Positions 1 through 10,139 of a DNA stretch of 64,000 nt are shown here, in pieces; position 1 is the first letter of the stretch, and each line of letters begins with the position of its first letter. The notes beneath the pieces were generated by a model. It saw only the letters and a list, made by a program, of their open reading frames with translations. It did not search any database and had not been told where the DNA came from. The stretch lies in contig CBDFLE010000006.1 of assembly GCA_965248925.1 (NCBI GenBank), positions 672,001-736,000 of the forward strand, written 5' to 3'. This stretch comes from Candidatus Multivoradales bacterium (GTDB lineage: Bacteria; Acidobacteriota; Thermoanaerobaculia; Multivoradales; J023). A program made the position numbers and the translations under genes.

Positions 1-3
1 GCC

Positions 4-321
4 GTGGGCTCCAATCCACGCAGCCTTGCCAGCGACGGTGAGCGCCTGTTCTTTGCCGCCGACGATGCTGCCGCTGGACGGGAGGTCTGGCAATCCGACG
101 GCAGCGAGGCCGGGACTCACCGCTTGACCGATCTGTGGGCCGGAGCCGCGAACAGCGACCCCGAGCACCTGGCGGCATCCCCGGATGGCCGTTGGCTGTT
201 TTTCGCCGGCTGGACTGAGGCGACCTGGGAGGAGCCTTGGCGGCTGGACGTCGAAGTACCACTCTTCGCCGACGGCTTCGAATCTGGCGACACACTGGGC
301 TGGGATATTACTGGCCCTTAA
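4..321 (+). CDS. C-terminal part of an ELWxxDGT-repeat secreted protein (runs off the 5' edge of the window)
   Basis: Motifs LFFAADD..GREVWQSDGS and EEPW; C-terminal LFADGFESGD tail. Confidence 0.8.
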   Translation: MGSNPRSLASDGERLFFAADDAAAGREVWQSDGSEAGTHRLTDLWAGAANSDPEHLAASPDGRWLFFAGWTEATWEEPWRLDVEVPLFADGFESGDTLGWDITGP

Positions 322-3092
322 CTTTCGGCCCGCTTCGCGGCCTGGCGGCTTGCCTCCAACCACTGCGGGTCCGCCAAACCCCAGGTCGCGAGGGTGCTCA
401 GGCAGCCGCTAAACAACACGTCTGCTTCCGCCGTCAGGCCCTGAGCTTCCAAAGCCCGGGCGAGCCCGCAAGCCGCCTCTGCCACACGGGGATGGCCGGG
501 ATCGAGAAACGACTTGCGCAGCAGCAGGGCGTGGCGAAACAGCTCGGCTGCTTCCTCCAGCCGGCCTTGAGCCAACCGCGCTGCCGCCAGCAGGATCTCG
601 GTGTCGGCAAGGCGGTAGTCGCTCTCGGCTGGCCCTGCCAGAGTCGCAAGCACACCCGCCAGGGAATCTGCAGATTCGTCGACCCTCCCAAGGTGCAGCA
701 GAACTCCAGCTAGCTGAACGTCTAGGAAGGGATCGCGGTCTAGGTCTCCCCGAGCCCTGTCTGAGCTCTGCAGCAGCAAGAGAGCCTCTTCCAGCCGGCC
801 CTGGAGCTCGATCACCCGCGCCAAGTTGCGGTTGGTGCTGGCAATCTGCGGGTGCTGCTCGCTCACCAGACGCGACCACAGATCCAAAGCCTGGCGTAGC
901 ACCGACTCCGCTTCTTGTAGCTTTCCCTGAGTCGCCAATGTTGCCCCCAGGTTGTTGAGCGAATTAGCAGCCGCCGTCGACTCCTCGCCGTAGACCCCCT
1001 GCTTCTGGGCCAGCAGCCGTCGTTCCACCGCCTCCGCTTGATCCAACCGGTTCATCCGCAAGAGTGCCGAGCTGAGATTGCCTCGGAGGGTCAACAAGAA
1101 AGGATGTTGGTCACCCAACTCCTGTTCGACCAAGTCCCGCGCCTCGCCAAGCAGGTCCACCGCCTCTTGCGGACGGGACTGCTCCAGCCTAAGGATCGCC
1201 AAGGAATTGAGATTCGACGCGGTAGCCAAACCCGGCGTCGGCTCCAACTCGCGGCGCAGAGCAAGGGCATCCTCCAGAAGGACCGAAGTCTCCTCGGCCG
1301 TGGCTGGCAACACCATGGCCAGATCCTGCAGGCACTGCGCCACCGCTTCCCCCTGCATTCCCAGCAGCCGGCGATGGTTGGCCAAGGACTGCCGCAGCAA
1401 ATCCTCGGCAACCTCGGGGTCGCCCGCAGCAGCCTCCAACTTGGCCAAGTCGTGGGCAATAGAGAGGCCCTCGAGGTCATCGGCACCCCCGAGTTCCCGG
1501 CGCTGGGCTAGGGCCCGCCCCAACAACTGCCGGCTACTTTCGAATTGGCTGTGCGCCCGATGCGCGATGCCGAGCACATGCCGCAGCCGTGCCTGCACTG
1601 CCGGCTGGTCCGCCAACTCGTCGATCACTCGATCCGAGTAGCGCTCCAAAAGCTCGTCGACCCGCATCGACTTGCCGTCCGGGGTCTGGGTGGGATTCGC
1701 CAGCTCGAAGAGCTCTACCAGGACGCCGCTGACCTGCTCGGCAGAGTTGCGTTCCAGTCGGGCTTGGTCGCGTTCCTCGGCTAGCGCCCGGGACTGCAGC
1801 AAAGTCGTGATTGTGAACGCGAGGCCCAAAAGGACCAGAGCAGTGACCGCTACTACTCCCCACCGATGCCGCTGGACGAAACGCCCGGCGCGGTAGCGGA
1901 TCGTGTCCGGACGAGCACGCACCGGCTCTCCTTCCAGATGCCGCCGAATATCCTCCGACAGCTCTTCTGCCGTACCGTAGCGCCGTTCTGGGTCCTTGCG
2001 CAGGGCTTGGCCGACGATGGTGTCGAGATCACCGAGCAACAGCCGGCGCCAGCGCTCCGGCCGGAGGCGCCGAGCGGCGGCCAGCTCCGCACCGTCTGTC
2101 CCGCCACCGGCTGGGCGAACTACCGAGCTGGGTGCCGCGGGCTCGATCTCGCAAATCGCGGTCTCCAGCTGCGCGCTGCTCAGCTCGGCACCGGTGAATG
2201 GCCGGCGACCGGTCAACAACTCGTAGAGCAGGATTCCGAGACCATAGGTATCCGTGGCTAAGGTGATTGACTGGCCGCGAATCTGCTCTGGCGAAGCGTG
2301 CTCCGGAGTCATCAGGCGCTGCTGCGACCGAGTCAAGCCGAGCTCGGGTTCCTCCGAGCTGAGCAGCTTGGCGATGCCGAAATCCAGCAGGTGAACCTGG
2401 CCATCGGGGGAAACAAGAATATTCGACGGTTTGAGGTCGCGGTGCACCACCAGATTCTGGTGGGCGTATTGTACCGCTTGGCAAACCTCCCGGAAGAGCT
2501 TCAATCGGTCGCTGATCGGCAGAGCTTGTCGGTCGCAGTAGTCGGTGATCGGCAGGCCTTCGATCAATGGCATGACCAGAAAGGGACGACCATCGTCGGT
2601 CATGCCACCGTCGAGAAGCTGGGCGATATTGGGATGTCGCAGCCGCGCCAATATCTGCCGTTCGCGTCGAAAACGAGCCGCGATCTCGAAGGCCTGAAGC
2701 CCAGGACGGATGACCTTCAGCGCCACCAGATGGCGATAGTCATCGACTCGCTCGGCCCGGTAGACGGTGCCCATACCACCACGGCCGATCTCCTCGATCA
2801 CCTGGTAGGCCCCGATGCGCAGCCCCTCCACGACCGTTTCGCTTTCCGGGTGAGCTTGAAACAACTGTTCGATCTGCAGCCGGGGAGGATCGCCGTGGGC
2901 AGCCAGCATGGCCTCTACTTCGCTCCTCAACCCGGTGTCCACCGGGGTGCCAGGACCGTTACCTTGTTCGACCTCCAGCCACCACGCCAAACGCTCCTCG
3001 GGCGCAACTTCCAGCAGCTGCAAAAAGAGCTCCCGCACCCTGCGCCAACGGCCTTCGTCCACCGGTCCTACCCGCCGCTGCCGATCATCCAT
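318..3092 (-). CDS. Membrane Ser/Thr protein kinase with extracytoplasmic TPR repeats
   Basis: GRGGMGTVY, VALK, HRDLKPSN, DFG, ASPEQ; TM segment after RHRW; repeated SNLNSLA/NSLNNLG TPR units; start overlaps the ECF stop. Confidence 0.93.
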   Translation of the reverse strand: MDDRQRRVGPVDEGRWRRVRELFLQLLEVAPEERLAWWLEVEQGNGPGTPVDTGLRSEVEAMLAAHGDPPRLQIEQLFQAHPESETVVEGLRIGAYQVIEEIGRGGMGTVYRAERVDDYRHLVALKVIRPGLQAFEIAARFRRERQILARLRHPNIAQLLDGGMTDDGRPFLVMPLIEGLPITDYCDRQALPISDRLKLFREVCQAVQYAHQNLVVHRDLKPSNILVSPDGQVHLLDFGIAKLLSSEEPELGLTRSQQRLMTPEHASPEQIRGQSITLATDTYGLGILLYELLTGRRPFTGAELSSAQLETAICEIEPAAPSSVVRPAGGGTDGAELAAARRLRPERWRRLLLGDLDTIVGQALRKDPERRYGTAEELSEDIRRHLEGEPVRARPDTIRYRAGRFVQRHRWGVVAVTALVLLGLAFTITTLLQSRALAEERDQARLERNSAEQVSGVLVELFELANPTQTPDGKSMRVDELLERYSDRVIDELADQPAVQARLRHVLGIAHRAHSQFESSRQLLGRALAQRRELGGADDLEGLSIAHDLAKLEAAAGDPEVAEDLLRQSLANHRRLLGMQGEAVAQCLQDLAMVLPATAEETSVLLEDALALRRELEPTPGLATASNLNSLAILRLEQSRPQEAVDLLGEARDLVEQELGDQHPFLLTLRGNLSSALLRMNRLDQAEAVERRLLAQKQGVYGEESTAAANSLNNLGATLATQGKLQEAESVLRQALDLWSRLVSEQHPQIASTNRNLARVIELQGRLEEALLLLQSSDRARGDLDRDPFLDVQLAGVLLHLGRVDESADSLAGVLATLAGPAESDYRLADTEILLAAARLAQGRLEEAAELFRHALLLRKSFLDPGHPRVAEAACGLARALEAQGLTAEADVLFSGCLSTLATWGLADPQWLEASRQAAKRAES

Positions 3093-3705
3093 CGGCAGGT
3101 CCGATTTCACCCAAGCCAGCGATGAGGCCCTCGGCACCCAGGTCGCCAGTCACCTCCTTGCGCAACCAAGCCCGGGCGCAGATCCAATCCCGACGAACTG
3201 TGCGCACGGAAATCCCCAGAGCGGTCGCCACCTCTTGCATGTCGAGGCCGGTGAAGAACCGCAGCTGTACCACACTGGCCGCTCGATCGTCCACCGCAGC
3301 CAAGCGGGCCAGGGCGTCGTCCAAGGCCAAGATCTCGTCGGCCTGCCGGGTGGTGAGAAAAGCTTCGGCCTCGTCGAGCGGTACCGGGGTGGCACCGCCG
3401 CCACGCTTCAGCCGCTTGCGGGCTCGGGCATAGTCCACCAATACCCGACGCATGGTGCGGCTGGCGGCGCCAAAGAACTGTCCGCGATCCGCAACGCTGA
3501 CCTTGCCGCCGCCGAGCAATCGCAGATACGCCTCATGAACCAACGCCGTGGTCACCAGAGTGTGGTCCGGTCGCTCGCGACGTAGGTTCTCTCGGGCGAT
3601 TCGCCGCAACTCCCCATAGAGCAGCGGCATCAAATCGTCCAATGCCTCGCGCTCCCCTCGCCCCAGGCAGTGCAGCAGGCGGGTCACCTCGCCGGACTTC
3701 TCCAT
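3085..3705 (-). CDS. ECF sigma factor, kinase-associated type (TIGR02999/ECF43-like)
   Basis: VTRLL, LYGELRRIA, HTLVTTALVHEAYLRL, RRVLVDYAR..KRGG, LRFFTGL, RTVRRDW..ARAWL. Confidence 0.92.
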   Translation of the reverse strand: MEKSGEVTRLLHCLGRGEREALDDLMPLLYGELRRIARENLRRERPDHTLVTTALVHEAYLRLLGGGKVSVADRGQFFGAASRTMRRVLVDYARARKRLKRGGGATPVPLDEAEAFLTTRQADEILALDDALARLAAVDDRAASVVQLRFFTGLDMQEVATALGISVRTVRRDWICARAWLRKEVTGDLGAEGLIAGLGEIGPADG

Positions 3706-3901
3706 CACCCGACGAACCTATCACTGGCCTACCCGTCGCTCGCTCAGCAGGCCAGCATCAAGCGACAGTTCCTCTGGTTGATTGGCGCGGCCTGCCAGCG
3801 CCGAGCAGCGAGGCCCGAGCGGGCCGGGGACCAACGACTGCTCAGCGGCGTGCCGGATCGAGATGGAGCTCACCGCGAACCGGCTCCTGATCTCAGCAAG
3901 C

Positions 3902-5299
3902 CTACCGGCCGGTGAAGCGATCTCCGTCCAGAGATTCCGCGGGCTTAGCATCCTCCTGAGCGGCGATCTTGTAGAGATAGCGGCGGCCACGCAAGAAGAG
4001 CTCTTTTCCGGCGATCGCAGGAGAGGCATCGAAGTCATCGTCGAGCTGATTCTCGGCCAGCACCTCGAAGCTGTCGCCAGCGCGGAGTACCACCGCCGCA
4101 CCATCACGGCCAATGACATAGATCCTGCCGGCCGCTACCACCGGCGAGGCATAGACGTTGCTGATCCCCGGCAAACGCTGCTCGGTGAAACGCACCTCAC
4201 CGCTGGCGGCATCAAGACAGGTGTAGATGTTCTTGAATTGCTTGATGAAGCACAACCGCTCGCCATCGAGCACCGCAGAAGGTACGTAGGGAGTGTGTCG
4301 TTCGTGGGTCCAGAGGAGCGCTTCGCTATCTGCCAAATCACCCTTGGCCTTCGCCAAATCGATCGCCTGCACGACCTGGCCACGGTAGCCGCTCGCCAAG
4401 TAGACCACCGAGCCGAGCGCCAACGGCGTCGGAATGGTGTTGACGGTCATGCCGCCAAGAGTCCAAAGCTCTTCACCGGTAGCCAGGTCGTAGCCGCGGC
4501 TCTTACCGGTGGCGGGCACCACAACCTGGGCCCGACCCTCGACCTCGACCACCAACGGCGTGGCCCAGCTGGTCACCTCACTTGGCCTCTCGGCGCGCCA
4601 GCGCTCAGCACCGGTGGCGGCGTCGAGCGCCACCAGGAATGAGTCGCCTTCGTGATCTCAAGTCAAGACCAATGTATCGCCGAACAGGGCCGGCGAACTA
4701 CCCTCCCCAAAACCGTTGCGAGTGGTCATATCGCCGAGGTCGACTTGCCACAGCTGCTGACCGTCGAGATCGTAGGCGAACAAGCCGTTGGAACCAAAAT
4801 TAGCGAACAACCGTCGACCGTCGGTGAGCGGCGAGGCCGATGCCCAGGAGGCATCGATGTAGTGACTCTCGTGGGGCACTCGCTCAGCAGCCGTGCGCTG
4901 CCAAATCAGGCTGCCGTCGTGGCGCGAGTAGGCCAACACCAGAAAGCGCTGCCTAACCGGTTCGACAGCCGGCGGCCACTCCTTGCGCTGCTGCTTGTCG
5001 GCCGCCACCTGCTGCGAGACGGCATAAGCCGCCGGATCTACGGCCACGGCGCTCAACACGAAGACCCGATCGCCCCAGACCACCGGCGAGGCCAATCCGA
5101 GACCTGGCAGCTCGATCTTGAAAGCGACGTTGTTGTTCTCGCTCCAAGAGATCGGCGGATCACCGGCCGGACTCTGGCCGGTGTGGAGCGGACCGCGCCA
5201 CTGCGGCCAATAGCCGGCAGCCTCTTGGGCTGCCAAGGCTAGCGCGGCGAATTGTCCTACGATGACGACAGCTAGCAACACGATCCGATCTAAGCGCAT
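3902..5299 (-). pseudogene. PQQ-like beta-propeller (BamB-like) secreted protein interrupted by an in-frame TGA
   Basis: ORFs 4658..5332 and 3902..4633 are in the same frame; the junction reads LVLT-TGA-DHEGDSFLVALD; WPQWRGP, ASP and ALDAATG..W propeller repeats; GAGGAG RBS before 5299. Confidence 0.8.
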
Positions 5300-5454
5300 C
5301 AGCAGACTCCTCCTCTTGTTTAGTACATCCATCCTAACTTCCGTTGGGACAAGTACAGACCTTCGGCAGATGTTTCACGCCGCCGAGCAGGGCACACTAT
5401 AGATCGCCGGCCCGATGTCGAGCCGGCCTCCCTGATCGGAAGCCCTGCGTCTTC

Positions 5455-5485
5455 AAGGCCCGGCGTCGTTGCCGGGCCTTCTTTT
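5455..5485 (+). terminator. Intrinsic-terminator-like hairpin
   Basis: AAGGCCCGGC-gtcgtt-GCCGGGCCTT followed by CTTTT. Confidence 0.55.
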
Positions 5486-5681
5486 CGTGCACTCAGAACG
5501 TGCGTTCAGAACGTCGACCTCGCATGCAGATATCTCATACAGATATCTATAACTCTGCTCCAACCTTTGTTAGGACCAAATCCCAACGCGGGTCAGTGGT
5601 CCGACATCGCAGCCGCGGCCAGTATTGACTCGCGGCTGGCACTGCTTTTCCGATCAACATCGACACTCAGAGGATTCTGAC

Positions 5682-7553
5682 ATGCACGCAGAGACTGCCC
5701 TCGCGAACCCACTTCGTCCTACCACCCTCAACTCGGTCGAACGCTTGTTGAGTGTGCTCTTGATCGGCCTGGTGTTGAGCTTGGTCGGCGCCGCTTCAGG
5801 TCATGCCCAACCACAGGTGACCGCCTCGGCGGCGGAACAGATCAGCCTGGTGCAGCAAGTCAAGGCGAGCCGCAACCCGGCCCAACGCAAGATCTCCTCA
5901 CAGTTGCTCCAGGAACTCGACCAACAGCGCGGCGCCGCCTACTTGGCCCGGCTGCCGAAACTCCAGCCCAGTTCCTTGCTCAACGCTGACGGCACTTTCC
6001 TCATAGACATGACTGCAACCGTCGACAGCGACCTCTTGGCCCGCGCCGAGGCGCTCGGCGCAACCGTGATCAACGCTTTCCCACAATGGAATAGCGCCCG
6101 GCTACGGTTGCCTTTGGATGCACTCGAGGACCTGGCCGCTGAGAGTGCGGTCAAGAGTCTTCGCGCCGCCGACCTCTACATGCTGCAGATGACCAACACC
6201 ACCGAGGGCGATATCGCCCACGGCACCGCGGCGGTCCGCGCCGCCACCGGCGCCGATGGTAGCGGCGTCAAGGTGGGCTCGATGTCCGACAGCGTCGAGT
6301 CCCTGGCCGCCCTACAAGGCACCGGCGACCTGCCGGCGGGGGTCACTGTGTTGGCCGGTCAGGCCGGTACCGGCACCAGCGAGGGCACGGCACTGATGGA
6401 GATCGTCCACGACATGGCCCCCGGCTCCGAGCTGTTCTTCGCCACCGGCCAGGGTGGACAAGCGCAGATGGCGCAGAACATCATCGATCTCGCCGCCGCC
6501 GGCTGTCGGGTGATCAACGACGACATCCTCTATTTCGTCGAGTCGGTGTTTCAGGACGGAGTGATCGCCCAGGCGGTCGACCAAGTGGTGGCCGCTGGGG
6601 TGCAGTACTTCTCCGCCGCCAGCAACTCCGGCAACCTCGACGCCGGCACCGCCGGGGTCTGGGAAGGAGAGTTCGTCGCTACCTCCCTGCCCACACCGCT
6701 GGTCGGCGCCGCCGCTGCCGCCCATGACTTCGGTGGCGGGGTGAACAACAACCTGATCACCTTCGACGCACCGGTGCTAATCACCCTGCAATGGTCCAAC
6801 CCGCTCGGCGCTGCCAGCGATGACTTCGATCTGTTCGTACTCGACGCGGCGCTGGCCAATGTGGTGGCGTTCTCGACCAGCGTCCAGGACGGCGACGACG
6901 ATCCGCTAGAAGTCATCGATTCGACCGCTCGCGACGATGCTGGCAACCGCCTAGTCATCACTCAGTTCGGCGGCGGCCCGGCCTTCCTGCACGTCAACAC
7001 CCACCGCGGCATGCTGAGCACCGCCACCGACGGCCAGATCTTCGGCCATCCGGCGGCGGTAGGCGCCATGGCGGTGGCGGCAATCAACGTCGCCACTGCA
7101 GGTGGCGGCGAGTTCGTCGGGGGTCTAGGCGTGCCGGTCGAGGCGTTCAGCTCTGACGGTCCACGGCGGATCTTCTTCGACCCCACGGGCGCACCGATCG
7201 CAGCTGGCGACGATTTCGACCTGCGCGGCATTCCCACCGGTGTGGTGCGGCAGAAGCCAGACATTACCGCCGCCGACGGTGTCTCGACCGCCACACCAGG
7301 TTTTGACCCCTTTTTCGGCACTTCCGCTTCGGCCCCCCACGCCGCGGGTATCAGTGCCTTATACCAAGACCTATTCCCAGCGGTGCCAGCTGACGTCGCC
7401 AATGACCTCTTCAAATCGAGTGCCCTCGACATCGACCAAACCGGCTTCGACCGCAACTCCGGCGCCGGCATCGTCAACATGGGAGGGGCAGTCAACGAGA
7501 CGATCTTCTCTGACGGTTTCGAGTCCGGAGACACGGCTGCCTGGTCGAAATAG
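5682..7553 (+). CDS. Secreted subtilase-clan serine peptidase (S8/S53-like), Glu-type variant
   Basis: Signal-like N-terminus, pro-region, VKVGSMSDS, SEGTALMEIVHDMAPG, SAASN, KPDITAADG, FFGTSASAPHAAG; C-terminal IFSDGFESGD. Confidence 0.88.
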   Translation: MHAETALANPLRPTTLNSVERLLSVLLIGLVLSLVGAASGHAQPQVTASAAEQISLVQQVKASRNPAQRKISSQLLQELDQQRGAAYLARLPKLQPSSLLNADGTFLIDMTATVDSDLLARAEALGATVINAFPQWNSARLRLPLDALEDLAAESAVKSLRAADLYMLQMTNTTEGDIAHGTAAVRAATGADGSGVKVGSMSDSVESLAALQGTGDLPAGVTVLAGQAGTGTSEGTALMEIVHDMAPGSELFFATGQGGQAQMAQNIIDLAAAGCRVINDDILYFVESVFQDGVIAQAVDQVVAAGVQYFSAASNSGNLDAGTAGVWEGEFVATSLPTPLVGAAAAAHDFGGGVNNNLITFDAPVLITLQWSNPLGAASDDFDLFVLDAALANVVAFSTSVQDGDDDPLEVIDSTARDDAGNRLVITQFGGGPAFLHVNTHRGMLSTATDGQIFGHPAAVGAMAVAAINVATAGGGEFVGGLGVPVEAFSSDGPRRIFFDPTGAPIAAGDDFDLRGIPTGVVRQKPDITAADGVSTATPGFDPFFGTSASAPHAAGISALYQDLFPAVPADVANDLFKSSALDIDQTGFDRNSGAGIVNMGGAVNETIFSDGFESGDTAAWSK

Positions 7554-7675
7554 AACACCGCCCAGAGTCACCACTGGCGATGCAGAGCCGATCATCCTGC
7601 CCTTGGGATAGACTCCCCGCGCCATCTATACGCCTCCGAGTTCGTCGGGGGCGTTTCCCGTGAGGAGATATATCC

Positions 7676-8464
7676 ATGAAGCTCATCGACCTATCCCAGC
7701 CGCTCAATCAAGACTGCCCGCCCTGGCCCTACTATCCGCCCTTCGAGGTCAAGTACATCAAGCGCAAGGCCGAGCACGGGGTCAACGCCCAGTACATCCA
7801 GACCTCGAACCACATGGGCACCCATCTCGACGCGCCACGCCACTTCGTTACTGGCGGTATGACCATCGACGAGATCCCCATGGAGTGGCTCTGCGGCCCC
7901 GGCGTGATCGTCGACCTGAGCGACGCTATGGACGACTGCGCCGTCTACACCCCGAAGATGATCGAAGATCGGGTCGAGGTACGCGAAGGCGACATGCTGC
8001 TGCTACACACCGGCTGGCATCGCTACGCCCAATTCGGCAGCCAGCCCGACGAAGAGAAGTACATCCACCTACACCCCGGCGCTCACCCCGACATGGTGCA
8101 GTGGCTGCTAGACAAGAAAATCCACATCTGGGGAGTCGACTGCATCTCCACCGATCACCCGATGAACCTGCCCATCGGCCGCTTCCTGGGCAAAGGCATG
8201 CACGGCCACTGCGACCGGGTGCGGGCCCTGTGCGAAGAGAAATTCGGCGCCGAAGGGATGCAGGAGCTTTTCCCAGATTCGGCTTACCAGCTGACCCACA
8301 ACGCCCTCTTCCCCCACCACTGCATGCACATCGAGAATCTAGGCGGCGACCTCAGCCTGCCCGAATTGCAGAACCAGCGTCTCACCTTGGGCTGTTTCCC
8401 GTGGAAGTTCAAAGGCGGCGAAGCGGCCTTCTGCCGCACGGTGGCCTTTCTCGACTTGGTATGA
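7676..8464 (+). CDS. Cyclase family metal-dependent hydrolase (kynurenine formamidase-like)
   Basis: IDLSQPL, HMGTHLDAPRH, GVDCISTD, HIENL; GAGGAG RBS. Confidence 0.9.
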   Translation: MKLIDLSQPLNQDCPPWPYYPPFEVKYIKRKAEHGVNAQYIQTSNHMGTHLDAPRHFVTGGMTIDEIPMEWLCGPGVIVDLSDAMDDCAVYTPKMIEDRVEVREGDMLLLHTGWHRYAQFGSQPDEEKYIHLHPGAHPDMVQWLLDKKIHIWGVDCISTDHPMNLPIGRFLGKGMHGHCDRVRALCEEKFGAEGMQELFPDSAYQLTHNALFPHHCMHIENLGGDLSLPELQNQRLTLGCFPWKFKGGEAAFCRTVAFLDLV

Positions 8465-8557
8465 GTCCTACCATGGCTAAGGCCGTCGAAGAATTCGTTG
8501 CCAGGGCGGCCGCGGCCCAGCGAGTCACGATGGCCGAGTTACGGCAGTGAGCGGCCG

Positions 8558-8998
8558 ATGAGAAGAGCCCTCCTCGGTGCGCTGCTGATCGTCAGCGGCG
8601 TAATTCACTTGCTGCCGCTGACCGGGGTGCTCGGGGCGGACAGCTTGTCGAAGCTCTACGGCCTAAGCTTCGAGGATTCTGGCCTGTTGATCCTGATGCG
8701 TCACCGGTCGGTGCTCTTCGGCCTGCTCGGCGCGCTATTGGTCTACAGCGCGTTCCGGCGCCGTCTGCAAGGATTGGCCATCGCCGCCGGACTGGTCAGT
8801 GTGATTTCGTTCTTGATCCTCGCCGGGGCCGCGGACAGCTATGACCAACCCATCGGCCGGGTGGTGACCGCTGACTGGGTGGCTTTGGTCTGCCTGGTCC
8901 TCGCGACAGGTCTTCGGTTGAGCCAAGGCCGCCAAGCACCTGAGCCTCGACCAACTGCGCTCGCTGGCGGCGAAGATGCTCGGCCGAATCGCCGCTGA
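8558..8998 (+). CDS. Small multi-pass membrane protein of unknown function
   Basis: About four hydrophobic segments; IHLLP, LYG, LMRHR..LFG. Confidence 0.7.
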   Translation: MRRALLGALLIVSGVIHLLPLTGVLGADSLSKLYGLSFEDSGLLILMRHRSVLFGLLGALLVYSAFRRRLQGLAIAAGLVSVISFLILAGAADSYDQPIGRVVTADWVALVCLVLATGLRLSQGRQAPEPRPTALAGGEDARPNRR

Positions 8999-9016
8999 AA
9001 GCCCGGCGACCGACGC

Positions 9017-9132
9017 ATGAGAAAGGCGTTTCTGAGTACGCTACTGATCATCGCCGGGGTGATCCGCTGGCTGCCAACGGCAGGAGTCTTGGGGCGGACA
9101 AACTCACCAAGCTGCACGGAATTAGCTGCGAG
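9017..9132 (+). pseudogene. Degenerate partial duplicate of the 5' end of the 8558 membrane protein gene
   Basis: MRKAFLSTLLIIAGVIRWLPTAGVLG/DKLTKLHGISCE versus MRRALLGALLIVSGVIHLLPLTGVLGADSLSKLYGLSFE, with a frameshift at GGGGCGGAC. Confidence 0.7.
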
Positions 9133-9365
9133 CAAGACGAGTTGACCGGAGCGACCTTGGACACCAGGACACTGGAAGTCGTATCTACAAGTAGCTGTGC
9201 AAGACTCCACAGCATCAAAGGGCCCGCGAAGAAATAAGTTCCGAGTACCGAGACGTAGCCCGGTACGCCGCAGGGAGCGCAACGCCGTAAGAGGCGATGC
9301 ATGAGTGGCCGATAACCGGAAGTTATTCCTTCACGGGTCCCGACCCAACGAAGCTCAACTCAGCG

Positions 9366-10139
9366 ATGCTCGACACAAGACTAACGAAACGGCTTCTGCC
9401 AATGGTCTTCCTGATCTGCTGCGGCGGCAGCCCGCTAGGCGCTAGCACTGCCCCATTGACGCTGCCGGACCTCGAAACCCCTCGCTCAGTTCGCGAACAG
9501 CTTCCTGAGCGAGCTCTTGCCCTGGCTTGCTCCGACCTGGAATTCACTGATTGGCGAGCGCCAGCCGAGTCCGGAAAAACTGGCCTCCTGATCACCTTGC
9601 TGATGGATCTAGCTGAAGAGCACGCTCCACTGCTGCTCGATGCCGACTGCGACCAAGCGCGGTTCCTAGCTGCAGTTCTCTTGCAAGAAGCCGTCACCGC
9701 GGCCAACCCTGACGTACTCGCCAAGATCCGCCAAGCTTCGATCCAGATCAGCCGCGAAGACTCTGCGGCGGCGCGCGATCTTGCGGCCTACCTGCTCAGC
9801 ATGACCGGACCGCCGACCGCGGCGGTCCTGAGGGCCCTCGAGCAGATGCTGTGGGACCCAGATTTCGAGATCTGGGCGGCGGCGATGATCACGATCGGCA
9901 AGTTTGGTCCCGCTGCGAGCGAGCTCGAATCCGCGGTCGAGGTGACTTCCACAGCCCATGACTCCACCGACTGCAGCCAATCGGTGCTACGCGCCTTGAA
10001 CACTTCCGAGGCCTTTAAGGGGACCGCCTGCCAGCAGGCCCTCCGGCGAGTCCGCATGGAACGCCGGAGGGCCTCAAAGATGCGAACCTTGCCCCGCGGT
10101 TTGACCGGCTCCAGACCTACCACCAGTGCCCCAGACTGA
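9366..10139 (+). CDS. Hypothetical exported protein with a HEAT-like helical segment
   Basis: Long ORF, hydrophobic N-terminus, ALEQMLWDPD..IWAAAMITIGKFGPAA resembles a HEAT repeat; start uncertain. Confidence 0.45.
   Translation: MLDTRLTKRLLPMVFLICCGGSPLGASTAPLTLPDLETPRSVREQLPERALALACSDLEFTDWRAPAESGKTGLLITLLMDLAEEHAPLLLDADCDQARFLAAVLLQEAVTAANPDVLAKIRQASIQISREDSAAARDLAAYLLSMTGPPTAAVLRALEQMLWDPDFEIWAAAMITIGKFGPAASELESAVEVTSTAHDSTDCSQSVLRALNTSEAFKGTACQQALRRVRMERRRASKMRTLPRGLTGSRPTTSAPD

Noticed and set aside
4658-4660. Selenocysteine or alternative genetic code
   Set aside because: The context suggests Trp rather than Cys, no SECIS-like element was identified, and TGA terminates many other genes here
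5496-5507. LexA (Cheo-type) box
   Set aside because: Matches GAAC-N4-GTTC, but the flanking genes are not SOS-like and the host LexA motif is unknown; could be chance
8461-8550. 29-aa ORF overlapping the cyclase-family stop (ATGA)
   Set aside because: No recognisable motif; too short to support
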